Counted from the stretch's first letter, positions 20,914 through 30,737 are shown. The stretch: DNA of 64,000 nucleotides from Gordonia sp. (in: high G+C Gram-positive bacteria) (GCA_047605305.1 JASGFW010000003.1:896-64895), one strand, 5' to 3'. The notes: generated from the letters alone by a model not told the origin. Program-made: numbers and translations.

Positions 20914-22014
20914 GTGCAATTCGGGATTTTCTCGGTGAGCGACATTACGCCGGACCCGATAAGTGGTGTCGCACAGACCGAGCATGAGCGCATCAAGGCG
21001 ATTGTGGCCATCGCAAAGAAGGCCGAGGATGTCGGGCTGGATGTGTTCGCGCTCGGTGAGCACCACAATCCGCCGTTTTTCTCCTCCTCGCCGACAACGA
21101 CTCTCGCTTACATCGGTGCGCAGACCTCGACGCTGCAGTTGTCGACTGCGACCACATTGATCACTACCAATGATCCGGTGAAGATCGCCGAGGACTTCGC
21201 CATGCTGCAGCATGTGACCGACGGCCGCGTCGATCTGACGCTCGGGCGTGGCAATACCGGGCCGGTGTACCCGTGGTTCGGTAAAGATATTCGGCACGGA
21301 ATCGAGCTAGCCGTCGAGAATTACCGTCTTCTGCGCCGGTTGTGGACCGAGGAGGTGGTGAATTGGGAGGGCCGGTTTCGGACGCCGCTGACGGGGTTCA
21401 CCTCGACTCCGCGTCCGCTCGATGGCGTCGCGCCATTCGTGTGGCATGGGTCGATTCGCAGTCCGCAGATCGCCGAACAGGCCGCCTATTACGGCGACGG
21501 CTTCTTCGCGAACAACATCTTTTGGCCCGCGGAACATTTCCAACGGCTCATCGGTCTTTATCGGGAGCGTTTTGAGCATTACGGCCATGGTCAAGCGCAT
21601 CAGGCGGTCGTCGGCCTTGGTGGTCAGTTCTTCATCCGCAAGAATTCGCAGGATGCCATTAACGAATTCCGGCCTTATTTCGATAATGCACCTGTCTACG
21701 GCCACGGGCCGGCATTGGAGGATTTCATCCGGGATACGCCGTTGACCGTCGGCAGCCCGCAGGAGTTCATCGACCGGACGTTGTCATTTCGGGAATACTT
21801 CGGCGATTACCAGCGTCAGCTATTCCTCGTCGATCATGCCGGTCTGCCGTTGAAGACGGTGCTCGAACAACTCGACGAATTGGGCGCGGTGCTGCCCGAG
21901 CTGCGTAAGGGTTTCGCCCAGGGGCGGCCGGCCGATGTACCGGACGCGCCGACGCATGCCTCCCTGGTGGCCGCGCGCGACGCACAGCTGAACGGGACGT
22001 GCGACGGCAGGTGA
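20914..22014 (+). CDS. LLM-class (luciferase-like) flavin-dependent oxidoreductase
   Basis: VQFGIFSVSD... is a typical LLM N-terminus, followed by LGEHHNPPF. The start is set at GTG 20914, with GGAG 6 nt upstream. The track ORF starts 10 codons earlier. Confidence 0.8.
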   Translation: MQFGIFSVSDITPDPISGVAQTEHERIKAIVAIAKKAEDVGLDVFALGEHHNPPFFSSSPTTTLAYIGAQTSTLQLSTATTLITTNDPVKIAEDFAMLQHVTDGRVDLTLGRGNTGPVYPWFGKDIRHGIELAVENYRLLRRLWTEEVVNWEGRFRTPLTGFTSTPRPLDGVAPFVWHGSIRSPQIAEQAAYYGDGFFANNIFWPAEHFQRLIGLYRERFEHYGHGQAHQAVVGLGGQFFIRKNSQDAINEFRPYFDNAPVYGHGPALEDFIRDTPLTVGSPQEFIDRTLSFREYFGDYQRQLFLVDHAGLPLKTVLEQLDELGAVLPELRKGFAQGRPADVPDAPTHASLVAARDAQLNGTCDGR

Positions 22015-22035
22015 ACGGGGCAGTGTGCTCTGGGG

Positions 22036-23031
22036 TCAGGCACCGAGGTCGCGGGCCAGTGACGGCCAGGTGCGGTAGAGGTCGTCTTGCCAGTAGCCCC
22101 ATGAATGGGTTCCGGTTGGGCGCAGGCTGACCTCGGCAGGTATGTGCAGCTGGGCGAGGCGGGTGACCATTTGGCGGGTGCACGTGTCGATGGCCGCCTC
22201 GATGATTCCGCCGAGTAGCGTCTGATTCACCAGGACGGCCGGGTCGCCGTCAATACCAGGCGCATTCAGCTGTTCGTGGCGTCCGGCCAGGCCACTGCCG
22301 GTGGTCAGATAGATCTTGGTGCCCCGTAGCTTCGCCGCGTTGAGGTATGGGTCGTTGGCCAGCCAGCCGGGGCCTCCGGGCGGACCCCACATATTGACGA
22401 CGTTGCCGCCGCCGCGAGCTTCCACCACGACGCGGACGTACTGCTGGCCAATCGGATCGCTGGTGCGTGCGCATCCACTGAAGGCGGCGATTGAGCGGTA
22501 GAGCCCGGGTGCGGCGATGGCGAGGTTGAATACGGTGGTACCGGCCATGGAGATACCGGCGACAGCTTTTGCCCCGGTCGTTGGGAAACGGGCGTCGAGT
22601 AGGGGCGGAAGCTCACGCGTGAGGAAGGTTTGCCACTTGTTGCGGCCGAGGACCTGATCGTCGCGCTGCCAGTCGGTGTAATAGGAGAACGCACCGCCGA
22701 TCGGAGTCACCACATAGACATCTTTGTCGGCGAAAAAATGTTTGTAGCTCGTACGCGCTTCCCAACTGGCCGCATCCTCCCCGCCACCGGCACCGTTGAG
22801 GAGATAGAGCATCGGTGCGGGTCTGCTGGGATCTTTCGGGGTGAGGACGGTGATCGGGATGGTGCGATTCATCGACGCCGAGTAGACCCTCGCAGTCACC
22901 TGCTGTGCATCGTCGCGGGTGACGCTGATGATGCGGGAGATGGGCGCGGCCAGCGCCGGGGGTGCGCTGGCGGTCAGTGCGATGAATACGCCGATCCAGA
23001 TCAGCCGGACGAGATAGGGTCGGCGCATCAT
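22036..23031 (-). CDS. Secreted esterase-family alpha/beta hydrolase (esterase D / mycolyltransferase-like)
   Basis: 331 aa ORF with a signal peptide (ALTASAPPALAAP), LYLLNGAGGGEDASW..., a GISMAG nucleophile elbow and a C-terminal H. The call rests on family resemblance. Confidence 0.7.
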   Translation of the reverse strand: MMRRPYLVRLIWIGVFIALTASAPPALAAPISRIISVTRDDAQQVTARVYSASMNRTIPITVLTPKDPSRPAPMLYLLNGAGGGEDAASWEARTSYKHFFADKDVYVVTPIGGAFSYYTDWQRDDQVLGRNKWQTFLTRELPPLLDARFPTTGAKAVAGISMAGTTVFNLAIAAPGLYRSIAAFSGCARTSDPIGQQYVRVVVEARGGGNVVNMWGPPGGPGWLANDPYLNAAKLRGTKIYLTTGSGLAGRHEQLNAPGIDGDPAVLVNQTLLGGIIEAAIDTCTRQMVTRLAQLHIPAEVSLRPTGTHSWGYWQDDLYRTWPSLARDLGA

Positions 23032-23298
23032 CCTCCTGCCTGCGAGTGGTCGATAACAGACACGCTACCGCGTGGCCGGGGGAGGTGCTGGCACCTAACC
23101 CGCCTGGGTACGCACTCGTTATGGGTTTCGATAAGAAATACCAATGACAGTGATTGTTGTATCCACTGTGTGCGGAAAATATTGTGGATTTTAGAGCGGT
23201 CGTACTGCGGTATTGAGGTGCGGTTAATTCGCAGCGGCGTACTCCTCTTCACCGGAGATGGATCTGGCTAATTAATTTTTTAGAAAGCTTGAGGGCGC

Positions 23299-24831
23299 AT
23301 GAGGCTGAGAAAATATGCGGCAGCCACACTTGGTTTAGCTGTGGCGGCATCTATATCACTGGCCTCTTGCTCGTCGGGGCCGTCCGGTGATTCGGATTCT
23401 CGTACGTTGAAAATTGGCACGGCGACACCATTTAGTTCATGGGATCCGACGCAAGCCAGTGAAGGGCATTTGATTCCGACATATCAAGCGGTCTATGACA
23501 CACTGCTCCGCAAGAATGCCGACGGAACGTTAGCTCCCTGGCTGGCAACGAAATGGCAGTATAATGCGGATAGTACGCAGCTTGTGCTTGATTTGCGAAA
23601 TGACGTGACGTTCAGTGACGGTACTGAACTCGACTCGGATGTCGTGGTGAAGAATCTCGATGCGTTCCGGCACGGCACCGGTTCCTCGGCCACCTCTCTG
23701 GCGAATGTCTCGAGCGTGAAAGCCAATGGACCGCACAGCGTCCAGATAAATTTGAGCGTCCCCGATCCGGCCCTGTTGAACTATCTGGCTAATGCTGCCG
23801 GACTGATTGCCAGTGGTCGGGCAGTGGGTACCCATGCGCTGGCATCCAACCCGGTTGGCTCGGGACCGTACACGTTGGATACGAGCAGTTCTTCGGTCGA
23901 TAATAAGTACGTCTTCGTGAAACGAAGCGGCTATTGGAACCCGGATGTGCAGAAGTATGATCGGATTGAGATCAACTATCTGCCCGATTCGACGGCGCGG
24001 CTCAACGCACTGGTGTCAGGTCAGGTCGACGCAGCGGTCCTCGATGTCAAGAGTGCCGGCGAAGCCAAGAAGTCGGGTCTGAAAATTCTCGACAATCCCA
24101 TCAACTGGCGGGGTTTCGTAATCTCTGACCGGGCTGGAACTTTGGTTCCGGCACTCGCGGACGTGCGGGTTCGTCAAGCCATCAACTACGCGATTGACTC
24201 CCCGTCGATACTGTCGAAAATCTACGGCAACTACGGCACGGTCACCTCGCAGATCTTCGGACCCGATTCGACAGCGTATGACAAGAGTCTGGACAACAGA
24301 TATTCCTATGATCCGGATAAGGCAAAGAAGCTGCTCGCCGAGGCGGGTTACGCCAAGGGATTCTCGCTAAAGTTCACCTACTGGGCGAATTACACCGACG
24401 CAGCGGAGATCCCCGTTCTTATTAATCAGTTCGCCAACGTTGGTATCAAGGCGACCGCGGTGTCGGTTCCCGGTGATGCGCAAGTTGCCGATGTTTTTGC
24501 CGGAAAGTTCCCGCTGAGTCTGATTAACCTGTTCCAGCCGAATACATTCCAAAATATAGGACAATCCCTGCTGCCTGATTCCACCTACAACCTATTGCAT
24601 ACCAAGGATAAGAATATTGCCGAGCTGACCCGACGGATTCAGAATGGCGGTGATAGCGCCGCGGTTGCGCCGGTAGCGCGGGAACTCAATAAATACGTCG
24701 TTGACCAAGCATGGTTCGCTCCGTGGTTTCGTTCCTCGGTGCTGTGGGGGTACAACGCAAAGACGGTCTCGGTGGTGAATCAGGCACAGCAGGCGGCTCC
24801 GTCGATCTACAACTACTCGCCAGCGGGATGA
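23299..24831 (+). CDS. ABC transporter substrate-binding lipoprotein, family 5 (peptide/nickel/opine type)
   Basis: 510 aa ORF with a lipobox (SLASCSSG) and SBP_bac_5-like organisation. It is the first gene of a five-gene importer operon. Confidence 0.85.
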   Translation: MRLRKYAAATLGLAVAASISLASCSSGPSGDSDSRTLKIGTATPFSSWDPTQASEGHLIPTYQAVYDTLLRKNADGTLAPWLATKWQYNADSTQLVLDLRNDVTFSDGTELDSDVVVKNLDAFRHGTGSSATSLANVSSVKANGPHSVQINLSVPDPALLNYLANAAGLIASGRAVGTHALASNPVGSGPYTLDTSSSSVDNKYVFVKRSGYWNPDVQKYDRIEINYLPDSTARLNALVSGQVDAAVLDVKSAGEAKKSGLKILDNPINWRGFVISDRAGTLVPALADVRVRQAINYAIDSPSILSKIYGNYGTVTSQIFGPDSTAYDKSLDNRYSYDPDKAKKLLAEAGYAKGFSLKFTYWANYTDAAEIPVLINQFANVGIKATAVSVPGDAQVADVFAGKFPLSLINLFQPNTFQNIGQSLLPDSTYNLLHTKDKNIAELTRRIQNGGDSAAVAPVARELNKYVVDQAWFAPWFRSSVLWGYNAKTVSVVNQAQQAAPSIYNYSPAG

Positions 24832-25772
24832 TCCGATTCGCTCTGCGTAGTGTGGCCGTCGGTGTGGCCATGTTCGTGACATTGACCAGCGCGACGTTTG
24901 TCCTGGTCTATGCGTCCGGAGTCGATATTGCCCGTAACCTGCTCGGGGATCTCGCCACCCCCGCCCAGGTCGCGAGTAAGGCGGCCGAACTCGGTCTGGA
25001 CCGGCCGCTACCGCAGCGCTATATCGACTGGCTGGGACACGCTGCGGTCGGTGACCTCGGGGTGTCGTGGTCGAAATCGGTCTCGGTGTCGACGCTCGTG
25101 CTCAGCCGACTGCCGGTCACTTTGTCGCTGGTGATCCTGGTGTCGGTGGCCGCGGCGGTATTGGCCACTGCGCTGGGTGTGATCGCCGCGGTGCGCGGCG
25201 GCTGGAGCGACCGGATCGTTCAGGCGGGTTCATTGTTGTTCTCGTCGATTCCGGGATTCGTCGTGGGTATCGTGCTGGTGACGCTATTCGCGGTGCGCCT
25301 GCGGTTGTTCCCGGCCACCGGGTTCACCCCGATCACCCACGGCATCGGCCCGTGGTTGTGGTCATTGATCCTGCCGGCGACCGCGTTGATCCTGGGGATG
25401 ACCGCCACGGCCGCCCAGCAGGTGCGCGGCGCACTTCGTGACACCCTTGCACTGCCCTGGGTTATCACGCTGCGGAGTCGGGGAATCGCCGAATGGCAGG
25501 TGATCTGGTTACATGCATTGCGTGCCGCGGCACCGGCCGGACTGGCGGTATTCGGCTTACAATTCGTGGGTTTACTCAGCGGAGCGGTGGTTCTGGAGCA
25601 AATATTCGCGCTGCCCGGTATCGGAACTCTCGCCGTGAGTGCTACCAGCGCGGGTGATTTGCCGCTGGTTATGGGGGTTGTCGTCTACTCGGTACTGATC
25701 GTTGTTGTGGTCACGGTGTTGACTGATTTCCTCACCGGCGTGCTCACCCCTGCCACCCGGAGCCGACGATGA
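24828..25772 (+). CDS. ABC transporter permease (DppB/OppB-like)
   Basis: The start at ATG 24828 forms an ATGA overlap with the SBP stop. MIRFALRSVAVGV... is a typical N-terminus. Confidence 0.88.
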   Translation: MIRFALRSVAVGVAMFVTLTSATFVLVYASGVDIARNLLGDLATPAQVASKAAELGLDRPLPQRYIDWLGHAAVGDLGVSWSKSVSVSTLVLSRLPVTLSLVILVSVAAAVLATALGVIAAVRGGWSDRIVQAGSLLFSSIPGFVVGIVLVTLFAVRLRLFPATGFTPITHGIGPWLWSLILPATALILGMTATAAQQVRGALRDTLALPWVITLRSRGIAEWQVIWLHALRAAAPAGLAVFGLQFVGLLSGAVVLEQIFALPGIGTLAVSATSAGDLPLVMGVVVYSVLIVVVVTVLTDFLTGVLTPATRSRR

Positions 25773-27610
25773 CATCACTCCGACAAGAAGATCCGTCACC
25801 GCATTCATGGTCGTCGGCGCGTCGCCGCAACCGCCTGCGGGCGCTTGTTACCGATCCATTCGGTATGTGCAGCATAGTTATCCTGGCAGTGATCATCGGA
25901 TCATGCTTATTGGCTCCGTTATTGGCATCGCACGACCCGAATGCCACGGAATTATCGGCGGTTCTGCAGGGTCCGTCCGGGTCGCATTTACTGGGCACCG
26001 ATAGCGCTGGCCGGGATGTGTGGTCACGACTTCTCCACGGTGGACGCACGACGTTCACCGCGGCCGCCCTCGCGGTATTCACCTCGGTGATCATCGGGGT
26101 GCCCGCAGGGCTTTTCGCCGGCTATCGGGGCGGCCGTACCGATCTTGGGCTCTCGGCCATCGCCGCTGTCATCATCGCCTCACCGACCATGGTCATCCTG
26201 CTGGCCGCCCGGGCCGCCTTCGGCCCGTCGATTGTGGCGACGATGGTTGTGCTCGGAGTGCATATCGCGCCGTCGTTCTTCCGGCTGGTACGCAGCGTCA
26301 CTGCGGGGGTGCGCGACGCGGCATATGTCGATGCCGCACGTGTATCGGGGATCGGCGGTGGTGAGATCGTCCGTCGGCATGTGTTGCTCGCCGTGCGTGC
26401 GCCGCTTATCGTCCAACTCGTCGAAGTGGCCGGGGTAGCGGTTGCGGTGCAGGCCGGACTGGAATTTCTTGGACTGGGTAACCCCCTGGTGCCCAACTGG
26501 GGTTCGATGCTCAGCGAAGGTTTCCGCAATGTCTATATCGCACCCGAACTGCTCGTCTGGCCGGCCGTTGCGATCGTTGTGACGGTGGTGTGTCTGGCAA
26601 TTGTCGGTAATGCCCTGCGCGATGTGCTGGAGTTGACATCGGAGCGGCCCCGCGGCGCGCGGCCGGCCGCGCCGCGCACGGAGGGACCGGAGCCGGAGCC
26701 GGTGAATGTCGCCGGGGCCGCCGAACGGGTGGACGACGCTGATGACGATGCGTTGTTGGCGGTACGGGGCTACCACGTGGTGTATCCCGGTCCGGCCGGC
26801 GTGAGGGCCGTCGTACATGACGTGGATTTGCGGGTGGGTCCGGGCGAGATCGTGGGGCTCGTCGGTGAATCGGGTTCGGGTAAAACGCAGATCGCGTTGT
26901 CCGCGTTGGGATTACTGCCCGCCACCGCGCGGGTCCGCGGCTCGTATCGGGTAGCGGGCCGCGAGCTGGTGGCGGCCGACGGCACGCTCGACCAGACCAC
27001 CTCCCGGGCATTGCGCGGACGCACGGTTGGTTTTGTGCCACAGGAACCGATGGCCAATCTCGATCCCAACTCCACCATCGGTGCGCAACTGGCCCGACCG
27101 CTGCGGACGGTGGGCGGGCTGTCGGTGCGGGCCGCGCGTAGCCGCGTGTATGAACTGCTCGCCGAGGTGGGCATCGCCGATGCGGAGCGAGTCGCACGTA
27201 GCCACCCGTGGCAGATTTCCGGCGGCATGGCGCAACGCGTGCTCATCGCCGGCGCGATCGGCTCCGGCCCGGATCTGCTCGTGGCCGACGAACCGACGAC
27301 AGCTCTCGACGTCTCGGTCCAAGCCGGGATTCTCGATCTGCTGCACGGTATTCGAGCCAACAGCGGTACCTCGATCCTCATCGTGACCCATGATTTCGGT
27401 GTCGTGGCCGATATTTGCGATCGGGTGGTCGTGCTGTCGGACGGCGGCGTCGTCGAAGACGCATCCGCTCGTGACGTGCTTACTCGACCGAGACATCCGT
27501 ACACGAAGGCATTGCTCAATGCGCACGTGGCAGGGCATCCGCCGTTGACGATGATCGACCCGCAATCGGTTACGTCGTTCGCGTGCACCGTTTGTAGAGG
27601 CGGATCATGA
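25769..27610 (+). CDS. Fused ABC permease (DppC/OppC-like) and ATP-binding domain (DppD/OppD-like)
   Basis: 613 aa ORF. The N-terminal half is a 6-TM permease, followed by a Pro/Glu/Ala linker. The C-terminal half has Walker A GESGSGKT, signature SGGMAQRV and Walker B LLVADEPTTALD. Confidence 0.85.
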   Translation: MTSLRQEDPSPHSWSSARRRNRLRALVTDPFGMCSIVILAVIIGSCLLAPLLASHDPNATELSAVLQGPSGSHLLGTDSAGRDVWSRLLHGGRTTFTAAALAVFTSVIIGVPAGLFAGYRGGRTDLGLSAIAAVIIASPTMVILLAARAAFGPSIVATMVVLGVHIAPSFFRLVRSVTAGVRDAAYVDAARVSGIGGGEIVRRHVLLAVRAPLIVQLVEVAGVAVAVQAGLEFLGLGNPLVPNWGSMLSEGFRNVYIAPELLVWPAVAIVVTVVCLAIVGNALRDVLELTSERPRGARPAAPRTEGPEPEPVNVAGAAERVDDADDDALLAVRGYHVVYPGPAGVRAVVHDVDLRVGPGEIVGLVGESGSGKTQIALSALGLLPATARVRGSYRVAGRELVAADGTLDQTTSRALRGRTVGFVPQEPMANLDPNSTIGAQLARPLRTVGGLSVRAARSRVYELLAEVGIADAERVARSHPWQISGGMAQRVLIAGAIGSGPDLLVADEPTTALDVSVQAGILDLLHGIRANSGTSILIVTHDFGVVADICDRVVVLSDGGVVEDASARDVLTRPRHPYTKALLNAHVAGHPPLTMIDPQSVTSFACTVCRGGS

Positions 27611-28437
27611 CTGATGTGGTGGGCCGGGATCTGCCGTTGGTGCACGTCGCCGGGGTGGTAGTGGAATACGGCACGGCGCGCCGGCGTCGACGGGTATTGC
27701 ACGACGTGTCGTTACGTATCGATCCGGGTAAAACGCTTGGCCTTGTCGGTGAATCGGGTTCGGGTAAATCAACTCTCGGCAAGGCGATACTTGGGTTGGT
27801 TCCATTGGCTGCCGGCAGCATTCACTTTGACGGTGCGCGTATCGACAACGTTGGCCGTACCGAACGGCGACGCCTCGCCGAGCGCCTGCAGGCGGTGTTT
27901 CAGGATCCCTACGGTTCGCTCGATCCTCGGTTGCTCGTCGGGGAGATTATCGCCGAGCCACTACGCGGACAGTCTGCGGCGAGTATTCGGCGTCGTGTGG
28001 AGGAATTGCTCGATCTTGTCGGACTCACCCGCGATGCCGCCGAGCGTGCGCCGGCGGAGTTCAGCGGCGGTCAGCGTCAGCGTATCGCGATCGCCCGTGC
28101 CATTGCGCGATCGGCGGAAGTCATCGTGTGTGACGAGCCGGTCAGTGCGCTCGATCTGACCACGCAAGCCCGAATTCTCGATCTTTTCCTACTTCTACAG
28201 CAGGAACTCGGTGTGTCCTATCTCTTCATTTCCCACGACACCGATGTGGTGCGCCATATCAGTCACGATGTCGCGGTGCTCGAACAAGGCAGGTTCGTTG
28301 AGGATGGTCCCGTCACGCAGGTGATCCAGAGCCCGCGGCATCCTTATACTCGTCGGCTCCTCGAATCGTCTCCGGTGCTCGATATCGATGTGCAGCAGCA
28401 ACGCCGGTCACGTCGTCTTTCCTCGAATAATGGCTGA
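27607..28437 (+). CDS. ABC transporter ATP-binding protein (DppF/OppF-like)
   Basis: Walker A GESGSGKST, signature SGGQRQR and Walker B VIVCDEPVSALD. ATGA overlap with the upstream gene. Confidence 0.9.
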   Translation: MTDVVGRDLPLVHVAGVVVEYGTARRRRRVLHDVSLRIDPGKTLGLVGESGSGKSTLGKAILGLVPLAAGSIHFDGARIDNVGRTERRRLAERLQAVFQDPYGSLDPRLLVGEIIAEPLRGQSAASIRRRVEELLDLVGLTRDAAERAPAEFSGGQRQRIAIARAIARSAEVIVCDEPVSALDLTTQARILDLFLLLQQELGVSYLFISHDTDVVRHISHDVAVLEQGRFVEDGPVTQVIQSPRHPYTRRLLESSPVLDIDVQQQRRSRRLSSNNG

Positions 28438-28552
28438 CCGCATGCAGATAACTGGAGGTGCCTGAACAGTCAACGCGGCGGATGACCCGGGTGAAATGGC
28501 CGGTGGTGGTTTATTGTGGTTATTTGCAAAATAGGAAGAGAGTGTATGGATC

Positions 28553-29341
28553 ATGTCCGTTGACGTATCCACGGTGCAGTTGTTTTCGGTGCGTGAATCG
28601 TTCGTGCAAGATCCGGATCTGGTTCGTCGCAAACTGCTGGCAGTGGGCATCGGTGCGGTGGAATTATTCGGCCTCGGTGGTTTGGGGCCGGATGCGGACA
28701 CAGTGCGGGCGTTGTCCGACGGTGGCCTTGGTCTGGCTGGCGCGCATGCGCAATTCATCGTTCTTGACGATGAGGGCGTGCTGCGGCGCGATGAGGTTGA
28801 ACGGGTAGTCGCGCTGGCCGCGGATCTGGGACTGACCGAATTGATACTTCCGCGAGGTCCGGGTGCGCCGGGAAAAATACCACCGGCAGATTATGTGGGT
28901 GCCCGATTGGCCGCGTTGATAAACGAGGCCGTGCCGATTGCACAGACGTATGGTATTAGTCTCGGATACCATAATCATTGGTGGGAATTCACCGAATCCG
29001 GAGAAGGTGGACGCCCGCACTTTTATGAATTTGTGGATGCCCTGGATTCCGAGGCTTTTCTTGAGGTGGATACGTATTGGGCCGCCTCTGCCGGAGTCGA
29101 TGTGCCGCAATTGTTGCGGCAGTTGGGTACTCGGGTCCGCAAGGTACACCTCAAAGACGGTGGTTTCGCACGTGATGGAAGTGGTCAGGTGCCGCTGGGC
29201 GACGGCGGCCTCGCCGTCGAATCGGTACTCGACGCGACCGCTGCCGAGGCGGTGATCGAATTCGATCGATACGACGGCGACGTCTTCGAAGCGATCCGAC
29301 GCAGTGCGGATTTCCTACGGAATCTGGAGGAACGGCGATGA
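28553..29341 (+). CDS. Sugar phosphate isomerase/epimerase (xylose isomerase-like TIM barrel) family protein
   Basis: 262 aa ORF. The call rests on family resemblance (GYHNHWWEF, EVDTYW, HLKD motifs). Confidence 0.7.
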   Translation: MSVDVSTVQLFSVRESFVQDPDLVRRKLLAVGIGAVELFGLGGLGPDADTVRALSDGGLGLAGAHAQFIVLDDEGVLRRDEVERVVALAADLGLTELILPRGPGAPGKIPPADYVGARLAALINEAVPIAQTYGISLGYHNHWWEFTESGEGGRPHFYEFVDALDSEAFLEVDTYWAASAGVDVPQLLRQLGTRVRKVHLKDGGFARDGSGQVPLGDGGLAVESVLDATAAEAVIEFDRYDGDVFEAIRRSADFLRNLEERR

Positions 29342-30444
29342 GTTGGACTGTTGGCGTCGTGGGCGCCGGGGTGATCAGTCCGGCGTACTTGACGACTCTG
29401 ACTGCGGCCGATGACATCTCGGTTGCCTGGATTGCGGATATAGAGCCGGCGCGGGCACAGACGCGGGCGGAGGCGTTCGCGGTGCCTCGATGGGGCCATC
29501 CGGATGAGTTGCTTGGCCCGGTGAAGGTTGATGCGGTGGTAAATCTGACGCCGCCTTCCGAGCATGCGGCCCTCACCCTGCGGGCATTGCGGGCGGGCTC
29601 GCATGTGTGGAGTGAGAAACCGCTCGGTCTTGATGACAACGAACTGCGTGACATCATCCGTACGGCCCGCGAGGTAGGGCGGCGTGTGGGCAGTGCGCCC
29701 GACACGGTGCTATCCCCGATCGCACAGGCGGGGATAGCGGCAGTCCGGGGCGGGAGGATCGGGACGTCCACACATGCGCTGGCGATATTCCAAAGTGCGG
29801 GACCGGAGCGATGGCATCCGCGTCCGGCCCCGTTTTTCGCGGCAGGCGCGGGGCCCGTGCTGGATATGGGGCCCTACTACGTGACGGTACTGATCCAGGC
29901 GCTGGGTAAGCCGGTGGCGGTCAGCGCAGTCGGCGGACGTTCGCGCACCACCCGGATCGCTTTAGCCGACGAATCCGGGCAGACGGTGTTCCCGGTAGAC
30001 GTCGATACGCATGTGAGTGCGCATATCGAATTCGAGAGCGGCGCGGTGGCGACGGTCGTATTGAGTTGGGATTGTGCCCTGCGGCGGGCCGGGATACTTG
30101 AGATCTCCGGCGACAAGGGGACGGTGATATTTCCCGATCCGAACAGATTCGATGGGTCGGCGCAGTACCGCCACCTGGACGGGACCGTTGAGGAGTTGGC
30201 CGACTCCGGTACGGGAGATACCGGTGAGGGTGCGGTCGCCGGGCGTGGTGTCGGCGTGATCGCCTTGCTCAAAGCCGCGGCCGATGCGCAACCGACCTAC
30301 GTCGATGACGTGTGGGCGGCGGCGGTGATCTCGACGCTGTTCGCGGTCGAGCGTGCTGTCCGGTCGGGGCAGCGAGTGCCGGTGGAGTTTGTGGACGCGG
30401 TTGCTTTCGAGGATGGATTCACCGCGCCGGCGGGCACGTTCTGA
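29338..30444 (+). CDS. Gfo/Idh/MocA-family NAD(P)-dependent oxidoreductase
   Basis: 368 aa ORF with an N-terminal Rossmann fold (VGVVGAGVISPAY) and an EKP motif (WSEKPLG). ATGA overlap with the upstream gene. Confidence 0.78.
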   Translation: MSWTVGVVGAGVISPAYLTTLTAADDISVAWIADIEPARAQTRAEAFAVPRWGHPDELLGPVKVDAVVNLTPPSEHAALTLRALRAGSHVWSEKPLGLDDNELRDIIRTAREVGRRVGSAPDTVLSPIAQAGIAAVRGGRIGTSTHALAIFQSAGPERWHPRPAPFFAAGAGPVLDMGPYYVTVLIQALGKPVAVSAVGGRSRTTRIALADESGQTVFPVDVDTHVSAHIEFESGAVATVVLSWDCALRRAGILEISGDKGTVIFPDPNRFDGSAQYRHLDGTVEELADSGTGDTGEGAVAGRGVGVIALLKAAADAQPTYVDDVWAAAVISTLFAVERAVRSGQRVPVEFVDAVAFEDGFTAPAGTF

Positions 30445-30498
30445 GGTCGGCGTGCGCCCAGCCGCCACCGAACGGCTGCGTCGCGCACGTCCGGAGAT

Positions 30499-30541
30499 TT
30501 GTTGGTCATCGGCGCTCTCGCCTACACTTGCACGGTTGCCT
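30499..30541 (+). promoter_or_regulatory. r-protein promoter-like element P2 (TTGTTG-18 nt-TACACT-TGnnn-GGTTGCCT) upstream of rplN
   Basis: Same architecture as P1 and P3, including the upstream ATTTG. It is followed by a 7-bp hairpin (30542-30559) and GACGGGTG (30565-30572). The leader before rplN is about 200 nt. Confidence 0.55.
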
Positions 30542-30737
30542 GCGATATAGCCATATCGCGAGCTGACGGGTGAACCCACTGGAGAGAACGTCGTAGTGAC
30601 GTGAAACTCCCCGGGCAGGCGCCTGTCGGTGGCAACAGACCGTGTGCGTCGGGTCGGAAATCCGGCGTACAGATACGCATGATCCATCCCGGTGGGTCTG
30701 CCGTGTCGATGACATCCAGGTCAAGGAGACTAAGCAA

